Positions 1 through 8,375 of a stretch of DNA of 53,307 nucleotides are shown one piece after another. Numbering within the stretch: the stretch's first letter is position 1; each line of letters opens with the position of its first letter. The position numbers and the translations under genes were made by a program. The notes beneath the pieces are model-generated. The model was not told where the DNA came from. It saw only the letters and a program-made list of their open reading frames with translations, and searched no databases. The DNA is from an uncultured bacterium (GTDB lineage: Bacteria; Fermentibacterota; Fermentibacteria; Fermentibacterales; JCC-6): contig CAZRCS010000001.1 in assembly GCA_964598645.1 (NCBI GenBank), positions 1 to 53,307 on the forward strand, read 5' to 3'.

Positions 1-521
1 TGGTGGCCTATGTCGGACACTTCCCGGCAGGCATCCTCCTCAAGGCTCATCTGAATGAAGTGAAGATCCCTCCCTAAAAACGGTATGACCCCGTTAACTC
101 CCACTATTGCCGTTCGCTGGAAGCCGGTTGGTATGGAGCCGTCCAGGTACTGCTTTCTGGTTATGTGCAATTCATCCACCAGAGACATGTTAAACATCAT
201 TGCAAGCTGAAGGGCGGTGTTTACGGCTTCAGGATTGGTCTGAAAGGGAGGGGTGTCATCCATTTCATAAGTACACACGGAGTCATTGTACAGCAGATAG
301 TGAACCTGCTTCTTCGTTTTGAATTCCATCAGAGCGGTTCCGTCGTATTCACCGAACTCGCTCAGGGTAGGCCTCATATGTCGAAGAAGTTCCTGGTTGT
401 GTTTGTCGTTCCTGATCCTTGCGGGGCACCTGCAGAACAGTTTCCCAGTTGTGCCAAGCTGCTGATGTGTTTCAAGGCCCCCTTTGAAACCCAGATCACG
501 AAGTTCAGTATAGTTAGGCAA
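1..521 (-). CDS. gatE: Glutamyl-tRNA(Gln) amidotransferase subunit E-like protein (GatE/GatB N-terminal catalytic domain), 5' part only; runs off the left edge
   Basis: Absent from the ORF track because there is no stop in the window. Reverse-strand translation reads (TTG)PNYTELRDLGFKGGLETHQQLGTTGKLFCRCP..RPTLSEFGEYDGTA..YEMDDTPPF..LDGSIPTGFQRTAIVGVNG..LEEDACRE. The GLExHQQL, FCxCP and GFQRT motifs and their spacing are GatE-type. AAGGA lies 6 nt upstream of the TTG at 521. An in-frame ATG at 668 would add about 49 residues with no family resemblance. Confidence 0.75.
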   Translation of the reverse strand, partial: MPNYTELRDLGFKGGLETHQQLGTTGKLFCRCPARIRNDKHNQELLRHMRPTLSEFGEYDGTALMEFKTKKQVHYLLYNDSVCTYEMDDTPPFQTNPEAVNTALQLAMMFNMSLVDELHITRKQYLDGSIPTGFQRTAIVGVNGVIPFLGRDLHFIQMSLEEDACREVSDIGH

Positions 522-617
522 ATCGGTTCCTTTCGCGTATGTGAAAAAGCGGATAAGTGCAGTTTTTACAACCGGCAAAATAACGATTCGAGCTGTCCGG
601 GTAAACCAAGGAAAGTA

Positions 618-646
618 TTGACCGGGGGATATGCCGGTGATATTAT
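618..646 (+). promoter_or_regulatory. Candidate sigma70-type promoter for hpf (TTGACC-N17-TATTAT)
   Basis: TTGACC at 618-623, an exact 17-nt spacer, then TATTAT at 641-646. It sits in the divergent gatE/hpf intergenic region about 100 nt upstream of the hpf ATG. Whether this lineage uses the consensus is unknown. Confidence 0.3.
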
Positions 647-681
647 CGTAATGTGAAATCGGAAGCATTATTCTTTCACAG

Positions 682-716
682 CCGCTTTTCCCGTACTACC
701 GGGAGAGGCGGTTTTT
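682..716 (+). terminator. Terminator-like hairpin plus U-tract in the hpf leader
   Basis: The 5' arm CCGCTTTTCCCG (682-693) pairs with CGGGAGAGGCGG (700-711), giving a 12-bp stem with two G-U pairs. The loop is TACTAC and TTTTT follows at 712-716. A second 7-bp hairpin, TGTGAAA(652-658)/TTTCACA(674-680), lies immediately upstream. Confidence 0.4.
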
Positions 717-749
717 AATTCGGCTTCCGTTAACATGAAAGGAGTTACC

Positions 750-1298
750 ATGAACATCGAGATCAGCGCAAGACACTTCGACCTGACTGACGCCCTGAAG
801 GATCATGTGGAGGATAAACTCTCCGTTCTTGCGAAATTCTATGACGGAATTGACGATGTCCATGTTATTCTGGAGCTCTCTGCCGGTATTAACAGATCCC
901 ACGTTCAGTTGAGAGGAGACAGACTCCGCCTCGACTCCAGAGCCAAGGGACATGATATGTATTTTGCCTTTGACGACTGTGCCAACTCACTCGAAAGGCA
1001 GCTGAGAAAATTCAAGGAAACCCATCATGACCACCCTCGAAGACAAACCAACGGAAGGGGACTGTCATCAGGAGCATGGTACGTACCGGCAGAGCCTTCG
1101 GAGCTGCCGGGACCAGTGCTGTTAAGGGACGACAGTTCCTTGAAGAAACTTACCACCAACCAGGCAATGACCGAATTCGAGGTGAGCGGTTCCGATGAAA
1201 ACCTTATTTTCTTCAACACTGAAACAGACTCTTTCAGTGCTGTTTACAGAACATCCAGCGGTGTTTCCCAGGTGGTAGAACTGGCTCCAAGGGAATAG
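750..1298 (+). CDS. hpf: Ribosome hibernation promoting factor, long form
   Basis: MNIEISARHFDLTDALKDHVEDKLSVLAKFYDGIDDVHVILE is a typical HPF/YfiA N-domain, and a C-terminal dimerisation domain (LIFFNTETDSFSAVYR) is present. AAAGGAG lies 5 nt upstream of the ATG at 750, so the track start at 735 is probably too long. Confidence 0.9.
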   Translation: MNIEISARHFDLTDALKDHVEDKLSVLAKFYDGIDDVHVILELSAGINRSHVQLRGDRLRLDSRAKGHDMYFAFDDCANSLERQLRKFKETHHDHPRRQTNGRGLSSGAWYVPAEPSELPGPVLLRDDSSLKKLTTNQAMTEFEVSGSDENLIFFNTETDSFSAVYRTSSGVSQVVELAPRE

Positions 1299-1299
1299 C

Positions 1300-2271
1300 G
1301 TGCAGGACAGGTATCCAGACCCTGCGGCACTTACGGTGGGTCTCTTGAACGAGAGACTCAGCACGAGGCTTCAAATCAGTCCCGCAACGGGAACAGGGGG
1401 GTACGGCCGAAAGGTCGTATCCCCGGATATCAGCAGACCCGGACTGTGTCTGACTGGCTATAAGCGGAATTTCCTCCACGACAGGATACAGATTTTCGGA
1501 GAGACCGAGATCACACTTCTTGAATCCCTGTCCCAGGATGAACGGGTAAAAGCCATTGGAAATGTCTTCAGTTTCCCGGTGGCCTGCTGCATGGTGACCA
1601 AGGGTTTCGATCCCCCTGCTGAGCTCCTCGAAGCCGCTTCAGCAGCAAACTCTGCCCTTTTTCTCTCGCCGAGGGATACCACACCTCTTATTCACGACCT
1701 CACAGACTTCCTCGGAGAAGTTTTCGCCCCCCATGTTTCCCTCCATGCTACGCTGGTGGATCTATTCGGGGAAGGGCTTCTGGTAATGGGAAGAAGCGCT
1801 ATAGGAAAGAGTGAAGCAGTTCTCGGGCTTGTGGAACGGGGACACAGGCTGGTGGCCGATGACCTGGTCAGGGTACGGCGTGCAGGGGACCGGCTCATAG
1901 GAACAGGAGATGCCCTCATAGGCTTTCACATGGAGATCAGAGGGATTGGCTTCGTCAACATTGCAGAGCTGTTCGGAGTTGGAGCCACCAAGGAAAGACA
2001 GACCGTAGATCTGGCAGTCAGGCTCATAGATGCCGGCATCGTGGATGAGGCCGACAGGTCGGGACTTGACGAGAAAACAATGAATATATTGGGGGTTGAC
2101 GTGCCCCTTGTGGAAATTCCAGTTCTTCCGGGAAGAAACATCACCCTTCTTCTTGAAGTGGCTGCAATGATGAACATACAGGCGAAGAACACCGGGTGCA
2201 CATCTGCGGAGAGGCTGAACAGAAAACTGATCTCCAGGATGGGCATTAACGGACCGAGGGAAGAAACATGA
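1300..2271 (+). CDS. hprK: HPr kinase/phosphorylase
   Basis: P-loop GRSAIGKSE, followed by LVERGHRLVADDLV and EIRGIGFVNI. GTG start 1 nt after the hpf stop. Its stop overlaps the ptsH start (ATGA). Confidence 0.93.
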   Translation: MQDRYPDPAALTVGLLNERLSTRLQISPATGTGGYGRKVVSPDISRPGLCLTGYKRNFLHDRIQIFGETEITLLESLSQDERVKAIGNVFSFPVACCMVTKGFDPPAELLEAASAANSALFLSPRDTTPLIHDLTDFLGEVFAPHVSLHATLVDLFGEGLLVMGRSAIGKSEAVLGLVERGHRLVADDLVRVRRAGDRLIGTGDALIGFHMEIRGIGFVNIAELFGVGATKERQTVDLAVRLIDAGIVDEADRSGLDEKTMNILGVDVPLVEIPVLPGRNITLLLEVAAMMNIQAKNTGCTSAERLNRKLISRMGINGPREET

Positions 2272-2540
2272 TCGAAATCACAGTATCCGTACCCAACAAA
2301 TTGGGGATTCATGCAAGACCTGCAGCACTCATAGTCAGGGCAGCAGTAGAGTACGAATCCGATATCTGGATCTCCAACGGCGAAGAGAGGGTCAACGCAA
2401 AGAGCATTATGGGCGTAATGACTCTGGCAGCCTCCGGAGGAACCCCTGTGGTAGTCTCAGCCGAAGGGGAAGACTGCAGTGAAGCAGCCGAGGCAGTTGC
2501 GGATGTGATAAGATCCGGTTTCGGTGAAGAGATGCTCTGA
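2268..2540 (+). CDS. ptsH: Phosphocarrier protein HPr
   Basis: The 90-aa product has GIHARPA (His15 site) and NAKSIMGVMTL (Ser46 site). Confidence 0.95.
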   Translation: MIEITVSVPNKLGIHARPAALIVRAAVEYESDIWISNGEERVNAKSIMGVMTLAASGGTPVVVSAEGEDCSEAAEAVADVIRSGFGEEML

Positions 2541-4303
2541 TGCTTTACAGGGGAATACCTGCCTCCCATGGCATAGCTATAGGGAAAGCCTTCCTGCTGA
2601 AGGTTCACGATTTTCAGCAGTACAAGAAAGAACTGGAGTCGCCGGAAGACGCCGAAAAGGAGGTGGAAAGGTTCAGGCAGGCTTTAGCCGATGTGAAGCA
2701 TGATCTGGAAAACATTGCCGATTCAGTAGCCGACGTGGTGGAGGGACGCCAGATCCTGGATTTCCTGCTTCTGCTCCTTCAGGATCCAATGATAATCAAG
2801 GAGGTTGAGGGGAAAATACTGGGTGACAGGGTCAATGCAGAATACGCAGTGAGCAGTGCCCTGAATTCCGTTGCTGACAAATTTAACGTGATGAAAGATC
2901 CTTACATAAGAGAAAGGGTCGCTGACGTTAGAGATGTGGGCAGAAGAGTGATATTCAAGCTTACCGGTACCGACAAAGAATCCCTTGAAGAGCTGTCTAG
3001 CCCTGTTGTTCTTGTGGCAACAGACCTTGATCCTTCTGAAACGGCAGCACTGCGGCCCGAACAGGTGCTGGCATTCGTCACTGACATGGGAGGAATGACA
3101 TCCCATACCACCATTCTGGCAAAGGGACTGGGAATACCGGCGGTGGTCGGCCTTCAGAACATAACGGAAGGCATCGATTACCTTGACACCATTATAGTCG
3201 ACGGCATTCACGGTCATGTGATAGTTTCACCCACAGCTGAAGAACTTGATTACTACGAAGAGGTGAAGCGCAAGTTCACAGAAGCAGAGAACCTTCTTCA
3301 AACAGAGAATCCAGGACCTGCGGTAACCGAAGACGGAGTCAGGATCGAACTGGCTGCAAACATTGAACTTCCCCACGAGGTCGAACTTGTGAAGAAGCTG
3401 GATGCCGACGGAATAGGTCTTTTCAGGACCGAGTTCATAAGGCTTATCCAGAAAGACGGCAAAAACGAGGAAGACCATTTCGCCATTTACGACAAGGTCG
3501 CGGAATTGATGGCGCCCAAGACCGTAATAGTAAGAACCTACGATATGGGCGGAGACAAGTTCAGAGCCGGATTCGACCAGATCCGGGAAGCCAATCCTTT
3601 CCTTGGCTACAGAGCGGTTCGGATCTGTCTTGACAGACCTGCGGAGTTTTCCCTGCAGCTCAGGGCCATTCTCAGGGCTTCCACAAGAGGGAACGTGCAG
3701 CTCATGTTCCCCATGGTCACCCATGTGGATCAGCTGAGAAGGCTCCGTGATATGCTTACCATGGTACAGAACGACCTGAAAGACAGGGGAGTTCCCTTCG
3801 ACAGGGAAATGAAGGTCGGAATAATGGTGGAAACCCCGGCAACTGTAATTATCCTTGATCTGATGCTTCCATACGTAGATTTCGTTTCCATTGGAACCAA
3901 CGACCTTACCCAGTACACACTGGCTGTTGACAGGGGCAATCCAAGAGTTGCGGATCTCTATGATTACTTCCATCCCGCTGTACTGAGACAGATCGACCAG
4001 GTAGTCAGAATATGCCATGCAGCCGGTAAATGGACAGGTATATGCGGATCCATGGCAGGTGATCCTCTGGCCGTGCCACTTCTTCTGGGTTTCGGACTTG
4101 ACGAACTCAGCGTTCCCCCTTCACTGATCCCTGACGTTAAGAAGATGATAGGGGTCGTAACAAGCCATGGCGCCAGGGAACTGGCTGAAAAATCCCTTCA
4201 ACTTGAGACCGGTCTCAGGGTCCGTGCCCTTGTTCATTCTTATGTCGTTGGTAAATATCCTGAAATTCTGCTCAACGAAGATTCCTGGAAAACCGGAGGC
4301 TGA
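2540..4303 (+). CDS. ptsI: Phosphoenolpyruvate-protein phosphotransferase (PTS enzyme I)
   Basis: GGMTSHTTILAKGLGIPAVVG (active-site His), a PEP-utilising C-domain with FVSIGTNDLTQY, and CGSMAGDP. TGATG overlap with ptsH. Confidence 0.95.
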   Translation: MLYRGIPASHGIAIGKAFLLKVHDFQQYKKELESPEDAEKEVERFRQALADVKHDLENIADSVADVVEGRQILDFLLLLLQDPMIIKEVEGKILGDRVNAEYAVSSALNSVADKFNVMKDPYIRERVADVRDVGRRVIFKLTGTDKESLEELSSPVVLVATDLDPSETAALRPEQVLAFVTDMGGMTSHTTILAKGLGIPAVVGLQNITEGIDYLDTIIVDGIHGHVIVSPTAEELDYYEEVKRKFTEAENLLQTENPGPAVTEDGVRIELAANIELPHEVELVKKLDADGIGLFRTEFIRLIQKDGKNEEDHFAIYDKVAELMAPKTVIVRTYDMGGDKFRAGFDQIREANPFLGYRAVRICLDRPAEFSLQLRAILRASTRGNVQLMFPMVTHVDQLRRLRDMLTMVQNDLKDRGVPFDREMKVGIMVETPATVIILDLMLPYVDFVSIGTNDLTQYTLAVDRGNPRVADLYDYFHPAVLRQIDQVVRICHAAGKWTGICGSMAGDPLAVPLLLGFGLDELSVPPSLIPDVKKMIGVVTSHGARELAEKSLQLETGLRVRALVHSYVVGKYPEILLNEDSWKTGG

Positions 4304-4308
4304 TTCAT

Positions 4309-5289
4309 ATGCACTGCATTATACCCGCAGCGGGAAAAGGAACAAGAATGCGCCCTCTTACGTGGTCCAATCCCAAACCTCTTCTTCCCGTGGCCGGTAA
4401 ACCCATTCTGGCCCATGTAATAGATACACTTGCAGGTGCCGGAGTCGACCATTTGACACTTATTACCGGATATCTGGGTGATGCCATCGTATCCTGGGCC
4501 AGGAGTACCTTCCCTTCCATGAAAATCGACTTTGCCCTTCAGGAAAAACCCGATGGTCTTGCTTCAGCTGTACTTCTTGCAGAGGAATTCGCCTCTGAGG
4601 AACCTACGATGGTGGTACTGGGAGATACGCTTTTTTCAGCTGACCTTTCTGTTCTCAAGGGTGAAAAAAGGAACATGATTGTTACCTGTCCGGTGGAAGA
4701 CCCTTCCCGTTTCGGAGTTGTAGTCATGCAAGAGGAAAAAGTGATCAAACTGGTGGAAAAGCCCTCGGAACCCATTAGCAATCTTGCCATAGTCGGGGTA
4801 TACTATTTCGCAAACGGCTGTAAACTCATGAATAACTGCAGGGAATTGAAAACAAAGGGCATAAAAACAAGAGGAGAATACCAGCTCACAGATGCTATGC
4901 AGCTTATGCTCCAGAGGGGAGAGCCCTTCGGAATACTCGATATACAAGGCTGGTACGACTGCGGTAAACCGGAAACCCTTCTGGAAACAAACCGGGCACT
5001 TCTATCCATCGGCGATTCATCCGGAAGCCCTTTCATTGAAAACTCCACCGTTATATCTCCCTGCTTTTTCGGAGAAGGAACGCGGATATCCAATTCAGTC
5101 GTGGGCCCGTATTTCTCCTGCGGGGAAGATGTTATCATAGAAAATTCACGCATTTCCGACTCCATAGCAGGGGACTCATGCCGTTTCTGTGGCGCAGTGA
5201 TTTCTGAGTCGGTTACCGGCCAGAGGGTTTCGGTTACAGGAATTTCCGGAAAGATATTCCTGGGCGACGACTCCGTTGTCGAAAACTGA
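4309..5289 (+). CDS. Sugar-1-phosphate nucleotidyltransferase with C-terminal left-handed beta-helix
   Basis: N-terminal IIPAAGKGTRMRPLTWSNPKPLLPVAGKPIL, the G-x-G-T-R-x-x-P NTP-transferase signature. The C-terminus carries hexapeptide-like repeats (ISNSVVG..IENSRISDSIAG). Confidence 0.85.
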   Translation: MHCIIPAAGKGTRMRPLTWSNPKPLLPVAGKPILAHVIDTLAGAGVDHLTLITGYLGDAIVSWARSTFPSMKIDFALQEKPDGLASAVLLAEEFASEEPTMVVLGDTLFSADLSVLKGEKRNMIVTCPVEDPSRFGVVVMQEEKVIKLVEKPSEPISNLAIVGVYYFANGCKLMNNCRELKTKGIKTRGEYQLTDAMQLMLQRGEPFGILDIQGWYDCGKPETLLETNRALLSIGDSSGSPFIENSTVISPCFFGEGTRISNSVVGPYFSCGEDVIIENSRISDSIAGDSCRFCGAVISESVTGQRVSVTGISGKIFLGDDSVVEN

Positions 5290-6298
5290 TCTCTCGGTTG
5301 CCCTCTACCGCCCAGCCGCCTTCAACCTGGGCGGAACCGGCGTTTACACCAGAAGGCTCATAGAAGGTTTTGCCTCGTCTGGGATAAAAGGAGTGACCCC
5401 GGTGGGAGGATCTCCAGGAGGTGCTCTCAGTAAGTTTTTCATGGAGCATTTCTCCATCCCTGACCGGATCAGAAATGGCGATTATGATCTCCTTCATTTC
5501 CCTGCATTCGGAGGAAGGAGCCCCTCTGGAATACCCTACGCAGTGACTGTACACGATATGGCTTTCATGGCAAATCCGCGCTGGTTCCCCCTTGTTCGTT
5601 CACTCTATTACAGGTTTCACTTTCCGAAAACTGCAAAAGGGGCGTCACTGGTCATTGCCGACAGTGATTTTACCTCTGGAGAGATAAAGAAATACCTTGG
5701 TATAGATTCTGTCAGGGTGTACCTGGGAGCTTCCCTTAACTACTCGGATGACGTCCTGTTCAGGAAAAAACAAGGAATACAGGGTGATTACGTGATATAC
5801 ACTGGAACCGTGGAACCCAGGAAAAATATTTCACCCCTGCTTCGTTCATGGGAAACCGTCAGGAGAGACCATCCTGCAATCGATCTTGTTATTGTCGGAA
5901 GGTGGGGGTGGGGTTCCCCGAAAACCAAGACGCTCCTGACTGAAACCCCTGGAGTCAAATGGCTTGGACCTCTTTCGAACGCTGAGCTTATGAGTGCTGT
6001 TGCCGGTGCCAGACTAATGGTGTATCCCTCTCTTTATGAAGGTTTCGGACTTCCACCTCTGGAGGCGGCAGCAGCCGGAACTCCATTCGTAGCCGGTCCC
6101 GCAGTTACACTGAAGGAAATATACGGAGATATCGCAGCGGGTTTCTGCGGAAGCTCTTCCGATTCCATAGCCAAATCGGTACTTGACGCTCTGGATACCT
6201 GTTACAGTTCTGATGAACTCAGGGAATTTGCAAGCGCTTTCTCCAACAGAACAATGGCGGAAAACACGTGGGCTTGTTATGAACGGTTGTTCCAGTGA
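5276..6298 (+). CDS. Glycosyltransferase, GT4 (GT-B fold)
   Basis: C-terminal YPSLYEGFGLPPLEAAAAGTPFVAG, the E-x7-E region of GT4. The TTG start is uncertain. Confidence 0.8.
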   Translation: MSKTDLSVALYRPAAFNLGGTGVYTRRLIEGFASSGIKGVTPVGGSPGGALSKFFMEHFSIPDRIRNGDYDLLHFPAFGGRSPSGIPYAVTVHDMAFMANPRWFPLVRSLYYRFHFPKTAKGASLVIADSDFTSGEIKKYLGIDSVRVYLGASLNYSDDVLFRKKQGIQGDYVIYTGTVEPRKNISPLLRSWETVRRDHPAIDLVIVGRWGWGSPKTKTLLTETPGVKWLGPLSNAELMSAVAGARLMVYPSLYEGFGLPPLEAAAAGTPFVAGPAVTLKEIYGDIAAGFCGSSSDSIAKSVLDALDTCYSSDELREFASAFSNRTMAENTWACYERLFQ

Positions 6299-7368
6299 GG
6301 ATAATTCAGGTTTACAAGGATGTATTTCCAGAGGTAACAGGCGGTATCGAGCGGTACGTCCATGATCTTTCTCTATACCTCACAGCCCGGGGACATGAGG
6401 TAGAGATAATTGTTACCGGCGGCGGTGAGAGAACCGTAAGCGGAATTCCCGTCCACGGTGTTCCAGAACTGTGCCGTGTTCTCTCCAACCCTCTAGCGCC
6501 GGAGTTCTCACGTTATCTCAAAAATACCGGAGCAGATGCGGTTCATTTTCACCTTCCCCTTCCTGCTGCGGTTCTTGGGTGGCTGGGTACCTCTTCCGCT
6601 CACCGGAAGCCTTACGTGGTAACCTATCACAGCGATATTGTGAGACAGGCGTTTGCCATGCCCTTCTATGCTCCATTTCTAATGCGATTTCTCAATGGAG
6701 CTTCTCAGGTGCTTGCTACCTCTGATAATTACCTCAAAACCTCACCATACCTGAGAAACCTCGAAAATGCTTCAGTGGTCCCCATTGGAGTGGATTCCAG
6801 TAAATTCACCCCGCCGGTGAATCCATCCAGGGATTATTTTCTTTTTGTCGGCAGATTCAGGAAATACAAAGGGATCAGTACACTTCTGGATGCCTGGCGC
6901 CTGTTCCGGGATCCTCCCCGTCTGATAATGGCCGGTGGGGGAAAAATGGAGAAAGAGGTGAGGAAGTTTTCAGCAAGACACCACCTTCCGATTACCATAA
7001 GAAGTGATGTGAGCGACAAAGAGTTGAAGGAGCTGTTCGGTAACGCCAGAGCTCTTGTCCTGCCCTCCACACAACGCAGCGAGGCCTACGGCATGGTCCA
7101 GCTGGAAGCCATGGCATGCGGAACTCCGGTCCTCAGCAGCGATCTTTCCACAGGCGTCTCATGGGTGAACCGTCATGGTGAAACCGGTATTTTGTTTTCC
7201 ACTGGAAACCCGGGAAGCCTTGCCGAAGCAGTGCGTAAATTGAATACAGACGATGCTTTCATGGATAGTGCTGGAAAAGCTGCGCGAAAGAGGGCTCTGA
7301 TGCATTTCAACTCGGATGTTCTCTTTGGAAAGGTGGAAGAATGTCTTCGCAGAGCAGCAGGGAACTGA
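6295..7368 (+). CDS. Glycosyltransferase, GT4 (GT-B fold)
   Basis: MRIIQVYKDVFPEVTGGIERYV at the N-terminus, and LPSTQRSEAYGMVQLEAMACGTPVLSS. GTGA overlap with the upstream GT4. Confidence 0.85.
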   Translation: MRIIQVYKDVFPEVTGGIERYVHDLSLYLTARGHEVEIIVTGGGERTVSGIPVHGVPELCRVLSNPLAPEFSRYLKNTGADAVHFHLPLPAAVLGWLGTSSAHRKPYVVTYHSDIVRQAFAMPFYAPFLMRFLNGASQVLATSDNYLKTSPYLRNLENASVVPIGVDSSKFTPPVNPSRDYFLFVGRFRKYKGISTLLDAWRLFRDPPRLIMAGGGKMEKEVRKFSARHHLPITIRSDVSDKELKELFGNARALVLPSTQRSEAYGMVQLEAMACGTPVLSSDLSTGVSWVNRHGETGILFSTGNPGSLAEAVRKLNTDDAFMDSAGKAARKRALMHFNSDVLFGKVEECLRRAAGN

Positions 7369-7859
7369 CACTGCTCATTCTCACCGCAGCTGTGCTTGGG
7401 GTGGTGGACTCTATGATTCCCCGACCCCTTCCATTTTTCAGGATCGGACTTGCAAACATACCCTCCGTTATCTGCGTGATCCGTATGGGGTGGCTTCGGA
7501 CCCTTGAACTGAACACCACAAGAACCATGGCTGTTGCTCTGGTAACAGGGGTAATTGGAACGCCGACCTTTATCCTGTCCCTTGCAGGGGCATCCGCCAG
7601 CGCAACTGTCATGTCCGCCTTTCACAGATACTTTGCATCTAAAATATCCACTGTGGGTATCTCAATTTCCGGGGCTGTTGCCTCATTGTGGGTACAGCTT
7701 CTTGCGGCATCTATTATTTTACATGATATACCACTGGGGAAAATGGTTCCTGTTCTCACCCTTTGGGGTGTGCTCACCGGTCTGCTTGTGGGAGTGCTGG
7801 CGAAAACCGCACTGCTCAAGCTGTTTGACTATGGAGTATTGCGCAGGGAAGAGGGTTAA
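7341..7859 (+). CDS. Gx transporter family membrane protein (heptaprenyl diphosphate synthase component I-like fold)
   Basis: Polytopic 172-aa protein. VVDSMIPRPLPFFRIGLANIPSVICV resembles the conserved N-terminal motif of this family. Overlaps the GT4 stop by 28 nt. Confidence 0.7.
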   Translation: MSSQSSRELTLLILTAAVLGVVDSMIPRPLPFFRIGLANIPSVICVIRMGWLRTLELNTTRTMAVALVTGVIGTPTFILSLAGASASATVMSAFHRYFASKISTVGISISGAVASLWVQLLAASIILHDIPLGKMVPVLTLWGVLTGLLVGVLAKTALLKLFDYGVLRREEG

Positions 7860-7888
7860 ATTAAGATAGACTGGTTGGAAGGAAGAAA

Positions 7889-8161
7889 TTGCTTCACGGA
7901 AGGTCAAGTGGATTCTGGGTATTCCTCGCCGTTGCGGGAATGGTTACAGGCACGGTATTCGGCGAGGCTGTAAGTGTTCTCGTTCCGGATAGTTCAGTGG
8001 CCCTTAGGCAATTCTTTGGCGGAAGCGCCGAGTTTTCTCTGGGCCCTGTTGGGTTTGACATCTATATACTCAGGTTTCAGCTTGCAGAGATCGCAGTGAA
8101 GCTTAACATCATGACATTTGCCGGTCTTGTGACGGTTGGTGTTCTCTACAAATGGTTCTGA
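7889..8161 (+). CDS. Small membrane protein, DUF4321-like
   Basis: A 90-aa product with an N-terminal TM helix. The pattern ..LGPVGFDIYILRFQLAEIAVKLNIMTFAGLV..YKWF resembles DUF4321. TTG start. Confidence 0.55.
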   Translation: MLHGRSSGFWVFLAVAGMVTGTVFGEAVSVLVPDSSVALRQFFGGSAEFSLGPVGFDIYILRFQLAEIAVKLNIMTFAGLVTVGVLYKWF

Positions 8162-8180
8162 GGGGAATGGAGGAAGTCTT

Positions 8181-8375
8181 ATGGGCCGTATAGGAACCAC
8201 TGAACTGATTATCATTCTCGTGGTCCTGCTTCTGCTCTTCGGCGCCAGGAGGATACCAGAAATCGCCCGTTCGATCGGGCAGTCTCTCAGTGAGTTCAAG
8301 AAGGGACTCAAAGATGGAGAGACCGGGGGAAGAGAAAATGACGGCGATTCAGACAAGATTGAAGGGGATTCTTAA
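8181..8375 (+). CDS. tatA: Twin-arginine translocase subunit TatA/E
   Basis: MGRIGTTELIIILVVLLLLFGARRIPEIARSIGQSLSEFKKG is the canonical TatA TM helix plus amphipathic helix. GGAGG lies upstream of the ATG at 8181, so the track start at 8136 is too long. Confidence 0.88.
   Translation: MGRIGTTELIIILVVLLLLFGARRIPEIARSIGQSLSEFKKGLKDGETGGRENDGDSDKIEGDS

Noticed and set aside
165-656. 163-aa + strand ORF at the left end
   Set aside because: It lies antisense to a much better minus-strand reading frame with clear GatE/GatB motifs. Its own translation is Cys/His/Lys-rich with no recognisable family.
3227-4018. 263-aa minus-strand ORF inside ptsI
   Set aside because: It is antisense to an unambiguous enzyme I gene, and no motif is present. 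The same reasoning applies to the other long antisense ORFs: 11886-12569, 18268-18960, 23913-24632, 29548-30153, 39436-40134, 42310-42897, 42888-43580 and 50851-51495.
8136-8180. 15-codon N-terminal extension of tatA; likewise 735-749 for hpf and 16871-16909 for hslU
   Set aside because: In each case a strong Shine-Dalgarno sequence precedes the internal ATG, and the shorter product matches the canonical family N-terminus.
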